Assembly: GCF_001949145.1 (NCBI RefSeq)
Contig: NW_019091357.1
Location: forward strand, 500,671-564,670
Reading direction: 5' to 3'
Source of the DNA: Acanthaster planci
Taxonomy: Eukaryota
Length of the DNA stretch: 64,000 bases
The position numbers and the translations under genes are program-made. How positions within the stretch are numbered: position 1 is the first letter of the stretch; each line of letters starts with the position of its first letter. The notes under the pieces are model-generated. The model had not been told where the DNA came from. It ran no database searches and saw only the letters and a program-made list of their open reading frames with translations. Below are positions 12,101 to 23,933 of this stretch, piece by piece.

Positions 12101-15100
12101 GTATTTTCTCCAGCCAAATCTTCCAGTTTAAGTGTGATTAAACTCCTTTTTTCGCCATTGATAATCTAAGTATTTCCTTTTTTTCCAAGAAGAAAATTGA
12201 CAATAATTTAAAAAAATTAAAACTGTGCTTTTCCCGAAAAATGCGTCTCGTAAAATATGTTTATAAATCCTTTTAATAATACTTCTTGAATTGTGCCTCA
12301 CCGTGGGGCCAACTGACACCTAAAATGTTTTCTTTCCCACACAAATGGTCACATGGTCAATATATAATGGCTGCAGTGATTAAAAGCGATTTTCACGCAA
12401 GGGACTAACAACATGTCTTGACAGAGAGGAATATTTTTATATGCCTAAAGGTTCTGATCGATCTGCAAGACGAGTGCCTGAGCGGCAAACCCACCTGGTT
12501 CCCTCTAGCTGAACACGATGAAAACATTGGTAACCTGCCATGTACAGTCCCACCAGGCGTGGTACTAGCACGGCTGCAACAGCAACAGCAACAGTATAAC
12601 CAGGCAATGGATATCGGCTTGATGGACGCTCCACATTTACTGACCCCATACCTGACAGCTGGGGCTATGAGCCATAAGGAGCTGGCACGATGTCCCAGTG
12701 ACTCAGGTAAATAGAACATCCTATCAACTTCGGCGGTTACCTGTCTAAATGTCATTGAGGTCTGAGGAAGGGGGCCATTCTCTGTTCAATATTCGTCACA
12801 TCACAGTGCAATGGACACACATATCAATGGGATCGCAGAATTCCAAAATACAATATGAGAGACACCTGTAACTAAAGAATTTAAAAAAAAAAGGAACAAG
12901 CAAAAGTAAGCTGATCACATCATACCAGTTACTCTATTTAGACAGCATTCGATGACTTGCTCCGCGACTCCGTTATTTAATATTCTACCTAAGTCTACAT
13001 TTACTTGAAAAATACCTCACCTGCCAGTATTTCTTGTGTTAAATCCCAGTCAAGGAATATGGGCGTGGTCGCGAGGGGTTGATGCCTTTATCTCTGGAGG
13101 CAGCATCACAGTTACAGATCGAGGATCGCTTCGACCGCCTACCGCTAGCCAGACACCGATCGTGCCCCACCGCTGGTAGTAATGCCTACAGCAAGGTGCC
13201 AGATCTTCCACAGATCATAGGTAAGACTAAATCCCGCTCTCAAGACTGTGCTGTAACTAACAACAACATATGGACCTTTAGAAGCCACTGGTTAGTTCGA
13301 CTACAGCCATAATGCATTATGGATAATCAACAGTAATCAACAGTAGTTGTCCTCATTTGATGAGTTGACTGAGAGATTTGGTAAATATTTCTCCTTGATT
13401 TTTTACAAACAACCACCAACAATATCACAGTCGTAAGTTTAACATTTTTTGCTCTTCTGCTCTTGGGTCGCTCCCCCACCCCTTGATGAAAGTTTCTCCC
13501 GGACAGAAAAATGGTGTTAAATGAAGCTTACGATTCCCGCTGGCACATAAACGTCACGCTAAACTCTGGTTCCAGCAGGAATTAAGGCTGTGCCGAATAT
13601 CCCAATATTCGATCAATTATCAAATATTCAAATATTCTGCTCGAGGCGGATATCTTTCCACTCTATTAGACGTATATTACGAATTAATACAACTTTTTTT
13701 CTGGACACAGTTGCCGGTCCATCAGAAGACACCTGGCCAGAAATGTTTAACGAGAGACGTAAGCGAAGTTCCTCCAGCTTTGGTAGTAGTATCGCTGGAA
13801 GTAGCATAGCGGGCAGCGACTGGGAGAGTTGTACCAGCTACAGTAGTGGTAGCCGGAACAGCATGGATTCCGATTACCATTTCAGGTACGGGTAACAATT
13901 AAGGTTCACTTACGTCATCTTTTGTATGAAGTATGCGTGCATTAGAAACAACTGCCAACGACACATTGCTGTGACTGGCCAACAGTGATCAAGATTGCAA
14001 CATCGGTATTTCCGCTTCCTCTTCCCAAACACACAACAGCAACCCATGGTCTTTCAATGCATACCGTCTTAAATATGGAAATTCAATGTGTACCAGTCTC
14101 ACTGCAGGTAATGCGAAGAGGTTGTACCCACATCACTGTTACATGTAAGGCCAAGGAAAGCGTTAAGTTAAAGTTTACGCGTGTTGCCAGTAAAGTATGG
14201 TACTTCTGGAAATACTAAGCTTGTCAACTTATGACACAGCTTTGTTGAAGGCCTACGGGTGCAATACAGTTTCGAAAGGAAAGTTTAAGCAAAGGACAGG
14301 ACACTGTTATGAATGGTGTGGGACAGTTAAGTGAGATGAATTCATTTCGTATGCACAGGCTATCGACGTGCTCTATGCCAAGACCGGCACCAGACGGTGA
14401 AGACGGGATAATCACTGAGCCGGGTCCAGGACAAGTCCTCCTAGAAAACTTCAGTGAGTCAACGATTAATTAGACTTATACTTGAAAATAATCATTTGAC
14501 ATAGTGCAATAGATACAAGTAACTGCTTAATTTTTATGTAAATAAATGCAATGTGATACATAAATGCCACATTTGAAGAGAAACTACATATGACAACGAA
14601 GTTTAGCAAACAATAGGCGTGAAGTTTACTTTAATAATTGATTTCCCGAATTTCCATCTGTGCCTGTCACTGAATATTTTGAAATTATGACCCCAAGTAA
14701 AATCTTAAAAAATCAAAATTTAAACTTATGCTTTTCAGACGGTCGGCCTTGTGGATTCCTCAAACTTGCTATGGCAGTTAGCAAAGGATCGCTGGAAGTG
14801 GAAATCATATGCGCTACAGGTTTGCTGTTTCATGGAGAACCAGAGACCTTAGGTAAACAAGGAGTTTTACAATAAGACTTTCTAAGTCCATTCGGATCCA
14901 AGAACCTGTCGCTTTTGCAAACCTGAGACAAAAGTCAGAGATTGGAATATGTAGGGCCTCCTCGGTAACTTGGTTACATATATCGAGGACAAGAGTAGAC
15001 GTGACAGCAACCACGTCTTGGATCCTGTAATAATGCAAAGAAATTCACAGTTTGCACAATTGTGTAGTTCTTAAATATCATTACACATTTGACATGACGT

Positions 15101-15709
15101 CAATTCAATCTGTTTACAGACACCTACGTCAAGACGTACCTACTTGAGGGCGACAGGCAGTTGGTCAAACGAAAGACCAAGGTGATACATGCCACGTGTG
15201 AACCACACTTTGCTCAAACTCTGAAGTACTCGGCTTGTGATATTACAGGGAGGCGGCTTCAGGTTGGTTTTCAACTCCATGTGCAACAAAATTAAACCTC
15301 AAATACCATTAAAGATGCTTTCAGTAAGATTTACATGCCAAGTAAATATGCCAATGAAATTCTATTAAACAACGACAACAGCGTAAAGGTCGAACAGTCG
15401 AAGCTCAATGGAGAGCCTTGCCTCATAGTACGTCTTGCAAACCCATCCTTGTGTTTCACCGTTTAGAGGAAAATCAAAGGATGCCAGCAACACCTCAATT
15501 TCTTTAAACAGTTCTTGTTTCTTTGCTTTTAGGTCATGCTGTGGCGCAAAACAAAGATACGAGAGAGCAATCAATGCCTCGGGGAGGCTCGCATTACCTT
15601 GGATATCCTGGAGGAGACAACTCACTCCACTGCTTGGTATACTCTCTTTCCGTCTGGCGCCTACGAGAGCCTGAAGTCATCGCAGAGTTTGGAGCTCCTG
15701 AAATTCTGA
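3146..15709 (+). CDS. RIM/Piccolo/Fife-family presynaptic active-zone protein (RIMS-like; Rab-binding helix, Zn finger, PDZ, C2A, C2B), 21 coding exons, ~1122 aa
   Basis: Phase-consistent GT-AG exons: 3146-3163 (in-frame upstream ATG also at 3119), 3771-3958, 4506-4734, 5080-5283, 6154-6490, 6759-7105, 7474-7531, 7701-7817, 8135-8255, 8475-8566, 8904-9025, 10709-10947, 11508-11601, 11850-11921, 12451-12706, 13050-13220, 13711-13885, 14359-14453, 14739-14852, 15120-15262, 15533-15709 (TGA). Motifs: DLSHLTPEEIGAIQKVLKKQE (RIM Rab-binding helix); CRLC..KFTDGLGNTCGDC..RVCTNC..WRCNLC..GRWYY (RIM/rabphilin Zn finger); GFGLEVVGG..AFVTRV..GPAD..GDEILEWNGQSL (RIM-type PDZ); C2A (GELCMQL..PSPYVNIY..PTWNKTF..LEFTVWD..FLGEV); C2B (LEVEII..DTYVKTYL..KRKTK..WYTLFP). 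Confidence 0.9.
9367..10394 (-). pseudogene. Intronless rhodopsin-family GPCR pseudogene nested antisense in intron 11 of the RIM-like gene
   Basis: Minus strand reads MTTTCVP..VIFIIVTMPVLLIAGMAANLAFIFVTC*VQRMSNATNFYLAQPAVTDLSFL (TM1-2, in-frame TGA at 10217-10215). After a frameshift: SSCVPMFFFTDFLHVATCCLVTVVSLEKYNAVCNP (TM3). After another: TCNRWP..LYARIIRAL..TRNQVAKMLVVNG..PN* (TM5-6). After a further frameshift: LVNSLINAIIYNVMSVHYRRIFF (TM7/H8). Co-linear with the intact GPCR at 39581-40681. Left boundary approximate. Confidence 0.88.
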
Positions 15710-16059
15710 GACTAGGAGCGAATTACCTTAAATCCTTCTCCTCTCTCACCTTGTCATTAAGAGGCTACTACTTCTGTCTAGCTACATGAACCCATCTGAC
15801 CCTTTTACGTCACGTGACACCGTCAATGACAGTCTGCCTTTGTTGTACCGAGTAGCGTCATGGAAAAGAAAACAATCGTTTTGAACAAACATGGTGTTTA
15901 AAACGTTTCGACACATAAATTACAGGGATACTATTTCATATTTGTATTTTCTTCGTCATGCAAATACCTCCCAGTGCAGACAAACTCCGCTGGTGACACT
16001 TAAAACAAGATGCAGGGGTTTATCTCCACGGCAACGTCCAGACGGTTTTATAACCTTAA

Positions 16060-16459
16060 CCCTAAAAGAGCCGGGGGATGGAACCCCCCCCCATCTGTTC
16101 CAATATCGCGGCAGTGCATTTTTTCAGGATTTGAACCTTTAGGAGTTTTTAGACTAACTCTTTTAGACTAATTCAGTCATTTTGACACAGTTTTTCCAAT
16201 AATCGAACCTACCCTTCTCACGCAGCGCGCATTTCCCGAAAATTATACTTTTCCACTGCACTGCTCAGTACAGGCGTGCCAGTGCACGCCTGTAGCCATG
16301 AACTTCAAATGACCGAAACAACAGAACCATATGTCTGATTGAAATCAAGCTTCATGTTTGTCATGATAAGGAGTGTTTCTATATGCTTCCCAAAGGGGGT
16401 GAAGGCCGCCCCATCCCCACGGCTGTGAGATGAGCCAATATTACTCGGCTCTTTTAGGG
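16060..16459. mobile_element. Non-autonomous piggyBac-like element (MITE), 400 bp
   Basis: TTAA at 16056-16059 and 16460-16463 (target-site duplication). Perfect 14-bp terminal inverted repeat CCCTAAAAGAGCCG ... CGGCTCTTTTAGGG. No transposase ORF inside. Confidence 0.8.
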
Positions 16460-17169
16460 TTAAAGCAACAGAGTTTCTTACTGGTGTGTAGGAGTTCAGA
16501 GCTCGAGGAACACACAGACTTATCCACTCAATATCAACTAACTGTTGGAATACACCACCTTTGTCCACAAAATATCAACTATTTAAATTTATCAGTAGGA
16601 GTCGCACCAACGTAAGCCTATAAAATAGTCTTTTCCATTCACAACGGCCAAATCCTGCTGATATGTAACACCAAAAGGACCAAACCTTACTTGAGGAATT
16701 TTGTAAAACAATGTCACTACATGTATAGTCCATTGAGATCTCTGGAAACCCATTACCACAAATTGGCTTTGGTCCTATCAGACGACTCTGATTTAAGCGC
16801 AATCATTTACAACTTATGAATAAACTCAAACTGCCATCCAAGGTGTATCGCTATGAATGAGGTAATGCTTTTAGGAATTAAACATGAGAAAAGAAGCATG
16901 ATTAGGGATTTAGAGGACATTTATTTCCTCTTGGAGTAGGAGTACAAAAAATAATCCCCGGAGGGTTTACACGAAACCTCGGAAGGGTCAAAAAGGAAAT
17001 ATTGATTTTCTTTTGGAAGACAGCACTGTTTTCCTTTTAAATTGAGGCACATTTGAATGTAACTTACGTGCTACCCCGACTCAGTTTGGGATGTTTTAGT
17101 ACATTTCCATGTTAAACAAAAGGTATATTGTAGGTTTCGTGCTTGCACTGTTTTTTTATCCCACAGCAC

Positions 17170-18010
17170 AACATTTACGTTATAATGCATGGTGCCAGTG
17201 AAGTCTGCCATGATCATTTGAATGTCTTCATGTTTCTCGGCAGTATTTTAAATAAACTGCACTTTTTAAAATTCTTTTTTTAAACTATTAATTGTTGTGA
17301 TTGTATTAGTAAAGCATTAGACGGTGCTAACTTCATTGGCTACATGGTGCTTCTCCCGAAATCGTTACATTCTGTGAAGGTTGTCTTTCTTTGATTCCCG
17401 CCTTTCAAATCTTAGTTCAGCTTCTTATATTTTTAATGGATGGCTAACAGAAAGATGGTAAAACTGGGATATCTATTTTAAGGTCCAGAAATTCTTAGTG
17501 TACTTTGAAATACGCATTAAAAATTTCACGTTTCATCGCATTACCTTTATGGTAAAACTAGCAAAATTATCTTTTGAATTATGGGTTGAATTTTGAAAAT
17601 TTGCTTTTTCTAATACCAATCAACTATAAACCCCAACACAGTAAATAACTTAGCTTGTTTGTATGGTTTGTACATTTTTATATGTACTAAATATCTTCTA
17701 CAAGTACAATGAATGAATTTGTACGTCTTTGAGATGAAAGCCCTTGGTATGTATATTTTGATGCTAAAAATTGTGTATATCGTGCCTTCTACAAAAACCC
17801 AAACAAAACTAAAACGAGTAAGCTTTTGCTGCCCTTTGTACAAAAAAAAATAGTAACCGGTAAAAGTTGTTAGTTTTGTAAAACAAATTCTTCTTTTCAA
17901 TTCATACTGGCTGCATTATAACATAGTATTTTGGAATGTAGTGTTTCCGGCTGTGCCTGTACTCACAAATTAAATTGAGGGGTCGCAGAATTAATCGCAT
18001 TGAAAAACAT
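17170..18010 (+). repeat. Diverged direct duplicate of 24495-25240 (intergenic part of the sulfotransferase repeat unit)
   Basis: Shared co-linear strings in both places, e.g. CGGTGCTAACTT(C/T)ATTGGCTACA(T/C)GGTGCTTCTC, CAGCTTCTTATATTT, GAATTTGTACGTCTTTGAGATGAA, CCTGTACTCACAAA..GGGTCGCA. Boundaries approximate. Confidence 0.75.
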
Positions 18011-19279
18011 TCTCCACCTACCCCTTTTCAATTCATTTTCGCTTATATAACGTGTACTCCATTGAGAAGTTCATTTAGGCGTTACCATTTGGCTTGTTTT
18101 TCCTTCCACGCCTTCGTACATTTCACCCCCATCATCGCCCACTTGCACTTATTTCAATCATTCCTTTCCAAAGAATTTCCAAAACACACTATCATGCAAA
18201 CTACGATCATTAAGCATGCAGTTGTGTACACTGCAAAATCCCTAGTATTTAAACCAAGACCAGTGATGTGTTTTTCTGATTCCAACTTAAATATTGGACA
18301 GGGTAACATAAATAATTTTTGACGTAACATCGACCGTGCTGTATAATACTTGCGCTGAAAAAGAGACATTTCAGGTCAATGACTGGCCGTACCAAACATA
18401 CGTTAAATTTACTCCTGATTTAAAATGTGTTGATGGTTACTTTTTGGGCGACTGTATTTTCTGCGTAAAAACTGAATATGTCTGATACATATTTCCTATT
18501 ATAAGTTGTATTTTGCAATTCCTAATGAAAATAAAATTCATGCAGGCACTCAGCTTTGCACGAAACCATAAAAGACTACTTTCCTGGGATGTGTTTTCAC
18601 TCTGTCGTATAAACTACTCATCCCATCCACAACATCGTTCACTTAGATTGGTCCACAATTCTGTTACATTTGAGCCCATCAAATTCAATGTTTCAAAATA
18701 TTAAGAGTTTGTAATATTAGTCCCCGTTTCACCCAAACGACAAAAAATCGGAACAGGACAAAATCGTAGTAAGCGAGTGTACGCCAATGACTCCGTGCAG
18801 AAGCACCACCTTAACGTTGAAATGAAGAAGAGCGCATGATGTGCGCATGATCAGTGCTAGATTATCAAATCCAAGATATCAGTCCTGCCTGGAATGGAAG
18901 TTTGCATGGACTTTGTGTTCTCTGATTGTAACTACAGTATTTGTACGCTCGTTGATCCAGTACCGACCTCAAACTGACCAGTCTATGTTAAATGGATTGG
19001 GTTCAACACACAATAGAATACAATCTAAAGAATATTGTTTGTACTGACGGTGCATAGTACACCAGGTAAGCGGGCCATCGTCACGCCCACTACTTGTAGT
19101 CCATTTCGTCACATACTGAACAATAATTTAGGTGCGCCTCTTGCTATTCTTTTAACGTTCATACTACTTTCTGTCAAATATGCCCTGAATGTTCCAAACA
19201 GCGTTACAGATACACCCAAATTGTTTGTGATAATTTTTTACTGACAGCTTAATCAAGACAACAACTTTCTGCAAGAACC

Positions 19280-22200
19280 ATGGATAAATATGTCACCTTT
19301 GAGGACTGTGAGTACTAATTAAGCAGTTTGAATTTCAAAGTTTGTACGAATGCTCAGAATTCCTTTATTTAGGAGTGAGAATTCTTTTTATTTAGTAGTG
19401 GAAACAACGGCCAAGTCCCACCACAACCCGTGGGTTGCGTTTTGTATGTTGTTTAAATCCCGGTCTTCATGAAATCCCTGGCCAAAACTGTGCTACAAGG
19501 TGGAATTCACATGTAAAATCAGCGTGAAGAACATATACTTGGCTTGTAAGCTGATAAAAATCATCTATCTTATCAACTTGATCCACAGATCAGGAGTTAT
19601 GGCAGAAATCAGATCTCATGAACCTGCCCGACGAGGAGTTCGAAGGAATCAAGTTGTATCAATGTATGGCCAAAAACGTGGAAGGTCTCCAAACATGGAC
19701 GGTTCGAGAGGATGACGTCTGGATTGTGACATTCGTAAAAGCAGGTAAGAAAGACTGGTAAATGGGGTAGAAACAGACTCTGGAAAAACCTTTATGAAAG
19801 AGACACTACAAGCTCAACGCGAAGGTTGGTGTTCCCAAACAGTAGGCTTTGTTTCTTTTTCTTCCGGCTTGTAAAAATGTCTTTTAGCCATCACCAAACT
19901 GTTTAAAAACTTGATAGCGACATTCTGAGTACCATGCGATTTGGGCGCTTTATACTTGGTATTATATTCAAATTCCTCAATTTGCTAATGATTGGCACTA
20001 TTTACAGGATTGTTATCATTTTTTGTAAAAGGCACAACTTGGGCTCAAGAGATTGTGTCTTGCATAATGCATGACGGTGACTTGGAAGCTGTTAACAAGA
20101 GCCATACAACATTCCGGGTGCTGTTCATTGAGAATGATTTTCCGGAAGAAGTGCGTCGATTAAAGAGCGTATGTTTCCTACTGGCATTCCTTTGATTCCC
20201 TGTCGTGCTGAACCTGCAGGCAGATATAATTTAACTATCGTAGCTTAGAAGACCAAGGAAACTCATGAAAGGCGACATTAGACCGTGGGCAAGAAATCAT
20301 AGCTTACAGGTTCGTTGAGAGTTTCGAGTGGCAACCTACTTTTTGCTCAAATAAATACCTAAAATACTACGATTCAATATTCTGTCTGTTGCCATCCTGA
20401 TGGTTTGCTCTTTAAAGTGAAAAATAAGGGTATAAAAATGCGAAAATGCTCGCGTTTTGTTCGCCTTTTTTCAATGTGTCAATAAGGGCGCTGTCTCCAA
20501 CCTCGATCCTTTATCAATTTGAGCTCATGAAATACCACCGTTGCACCTGGGGACGAGTGCCACTCGACGTGAACATGGCGCCGTCCGCAAGCATACAGGC
20601 GTTTGCCGTGTTTACGAAGAATCAGGAGAAATTTCACAATTCACAGAGATAAGTTGGTGAAAATATTAGACATGTTGCGCGCAATGGAAACAGTTTGATG
20701 GATAGTAGACAGATGTTTCTCTGGAAAATGTAGAAATAGCAAAAGACGAGCAATTTAAGCGGGGTATGGCTTCTCGGTCTTCCAAACATGCCAAAGTTCC
20801 ATGTCAAGCTTATCACATGCCAAGCGTTTGTCAGTCATGTCAGGTTTAAATTATGCTTCTCCTTCGTGTCCTTGGGATCGAGGTTTGTCTGTATCAGTTC
20901 AAATACTCATCATAGAGCTGATTCTGATTTACAAAGCTGATGCAATTTCAGGAAAAAAGAAATTATGTCTGTAATACATAATGCTGATCCCACAGCATTT
21001 CCGTGCAAATAAAGTCATGATAGTCGTTTTTCTAGTTTCAGATCTTTTCTAATTCTGGATCGTTTGAATTTAAAAGCCTACCGTCTTTTTCTGCTGTTCT
21101 TCAGTTCGCATTCTAAGACAAGTTCTATTTGAAAGGTAAAATATATTTGTTCTCAAACTGACTAGGCCAGATTTCTAGTTCACACTTCGACATTTGAGGT
21201 TGTTAAAATCACTGGAGCCAAAAAAACCGGCAACAATTTACAGGGCGATAGGTCACCCACTATGTGTGATTCCAAATAATTTTCGTATTTGACAATCATA
21301 TACACGTTTATAGCTAATCGAATGAATTACAATTTCTGTTTTCAAAATCGGCTGAAAATTGAACACTTTTTTTTTCTAAATTTGGATCGCACGTTAAATG
21401 TATGCAAATACAGGTGCGTTACAAACTGAAGAATACTGACCTAGCAGAAATGTGACACAATGTTTTTGTCGGTGCGCGGCGTGGGGATGGTATTGCTGAC
21501 AGCTTGCTGTACAGCTGATAAAGTTGAGTAACAGTTTACTCATGTTCTACTTTTTAATTTGCTGGAATTAGTTATGAAATTTTTATTTATGAACTATTTT
21601 TCTCTAAGAAATTCTCAATTAGAAAATCAGCTTGTTAACATGGCTGAAAATGGATTTTCATGCGGTTACTTTTTTTTGTGAAGACCTTTTTATTGCAATC
21701 CAGAACTGGTTTAACCGAGCCAGAAGTATGAAAAGTGTCCTCATCACTTTTGTCATTCCTCTTAGTTAAAATTAAAAGCTCAGAATCGGAAAATACATGT
21801 AATTTTGCAGTACCTCTAACACGCAAGGTGGACTACTGACTACATTTCACTGCAAGTTGAGGATTTTTTGTAAATGCAATCTGACTGAATAATTCGTCAC
21901 AAACACCACAAACTAACACACATCTTCACTTTCGTGCCAGTGTGACTAGAGCAGTTTTGGTTTCACGAAGTGACACAAATTGAACTAGTGCCCTCTTGTG
22001 GTGACCTTGGGAGCAGTCCAACGAGGTGGGAACAGGCAGATTTGAATTCAGCACCTTCATATTGACCACATGTTGCCACTCGAAAGTGAGAAAGGAATTC
22101 CAGTGAAGCTACGATTTCTGGCCCATGGTCTACATGTGTAGCTTGGAATACCTAGAATTGTTTTGATTTGGAATAGGAGAGCTTCTGAAACCTAATTACT

Positions 22201-23933
22201 CAAAATTCCCAAGAAAGCGGTATTGTAAACCCGTAAATCCCATCCTGTGCGGTTTTTAATTATGCTATAAAGTACGCATCAGAGGTTGACAGTGCGACTG
22301 TAAGAACTTCATTTCCAAACGCCTCAAAATTAAAGTTCCTAAGAGACAAAACGAAAGAATTTATCCCTCGATCGCTGCAAGGACTGTCTTTCTTGAAAAT
22401 TCCCTCGATCGTCACATACAGCTCCCAGATACTCTCCAAATTGCGGCGGAAACGCCTTCACCACGGCTTCTCAAAAGTCATCTGCCTGGTCAGCTCCTAC
22501 CTCCTCAGATATGGGAGAAGAAACCCAAGATTGTCTACGTCTTGAGGAACCCGAAGGATGTTGCGGTGTCTTTCTTTTATTTTTCTAAAATGGCCCAAAA
22601 GGACCCTGCAGTACTTGCCCAGACGTTTGATGAGTTCTTCGAGGAATTGCAGGAAGGAAAGAGTAAGTGCTGTTCATTTCTATTTTTGGCACAGTGCATA
22701 CTACTGCTGTTGCCAACAGACTCTGAAATCCCACATAATTATCGTTCATTGAACAATTTCGTTTTCAAGACAATGTTGCCTGTTTCAATCCAAGATCACT
22801 ATGGGCCTTGGTGGGATCATTACCTGTACTTCTGGAAACGAAGACATGACGAGAATATTCTAGTTCTGCGATTTGAAGATATGAAAAAGGTAAGTGTACA
22901 TCGAATTTAAAACTTCAAATAAAATATGGACTTTGAACCAATTGAACCGATAACCACCAGAATATTGTACTGGCCCTCCACACATCGACGTTGTTTTTCA
23001 TCCTGTCTTTTACAGAACATTTGCCTGTAGGTTTCTTGCAAACAGGTACAATTTTTCAGTTTGAAAAATGTCATTTACAAGTTCTATATTTCTGTTTAAG
23101 GATTTGCGAGGCACTGTTGAGAAGATCAGTCGATTTCTCGACAAGAATCTGTCTAATGAGACAATCGATGCCATTACGGAGCACTGCACGTTCAGTAATA
23201 TGAAGAATAACAAGATGGCTCAACTCGACAGCCTGTTTGATAAGAAAGACTTGCCTGAAGGAAGCTCTTTCATGAGAAAAGGTCGGTAAGAAATATACCT
23301 AGCAAAGAACAACTTGACACAGAAATTTACATGGTGATAACTACGAGGTTCTCAGAAAATCATTCCTGCGAGTATATTGGTACTTTAACGTGTACATAGA
23401 ACGGCCAGTATGTGAGATTTGTAGGACATAATGTGGCTAAAATATCAGCCGTGGCTGTGGGCTAATAGGTCAGCCATTGGTAAGAGTGGTTCAAACTGTT
23501 CTTCTTAACACGAGTGTTAACATGATCTACTGCCACACCCTTTGCTCAACGCATGATAGCTCTGTCCAAAAATCAGGGAAGGACCTCAGTTCAAAAGCCA
23601 TTTTCAATTTACAACCCTCCACTCTATACACAAAGAGCAACAGGAATCCTACAAATTCTCTTCCTAGGAGGTGCCTACTAAAATCAAAAAGGAGTTTTAA
23701 GGGAAAATGATTAATAACATTACGTTCGCAGGAAAGCTTTATTAAAACACGTAAACTAACTGCTATACACACATAGTTGAAGTTCAGTAATTTTTGCATT
23801 GATTTTTTCGGGGGTAATTTCAGGAAAGGTTGGCGACTGGAAATCCCACTTCAAGGTTGCGCAGAATGAAGCAATGGACGCCCTCATTCAAGACAAGTTG
23901 CATGGGACAGGGCTGACTTTTGACTTCGAGTAG
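19280..23933 (+). CDS. Cytosolic sulfotransferase (SULT1-like), tandem copy 1, 7 exons, 315 aa
   Basis: Exons 19280-19307, 19589-19744, 20032-20168, 22422-22662, 22795-22889, 23101-23281, 23824-23933. Motifs: REDDVWIVTFVKAGTTW (5'-PSB loop), PRLLKSHLP (catalytic His), [13 protein letters not shown] (3'-PB), [27 protein letters not shown]. Confidence 0.93.
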
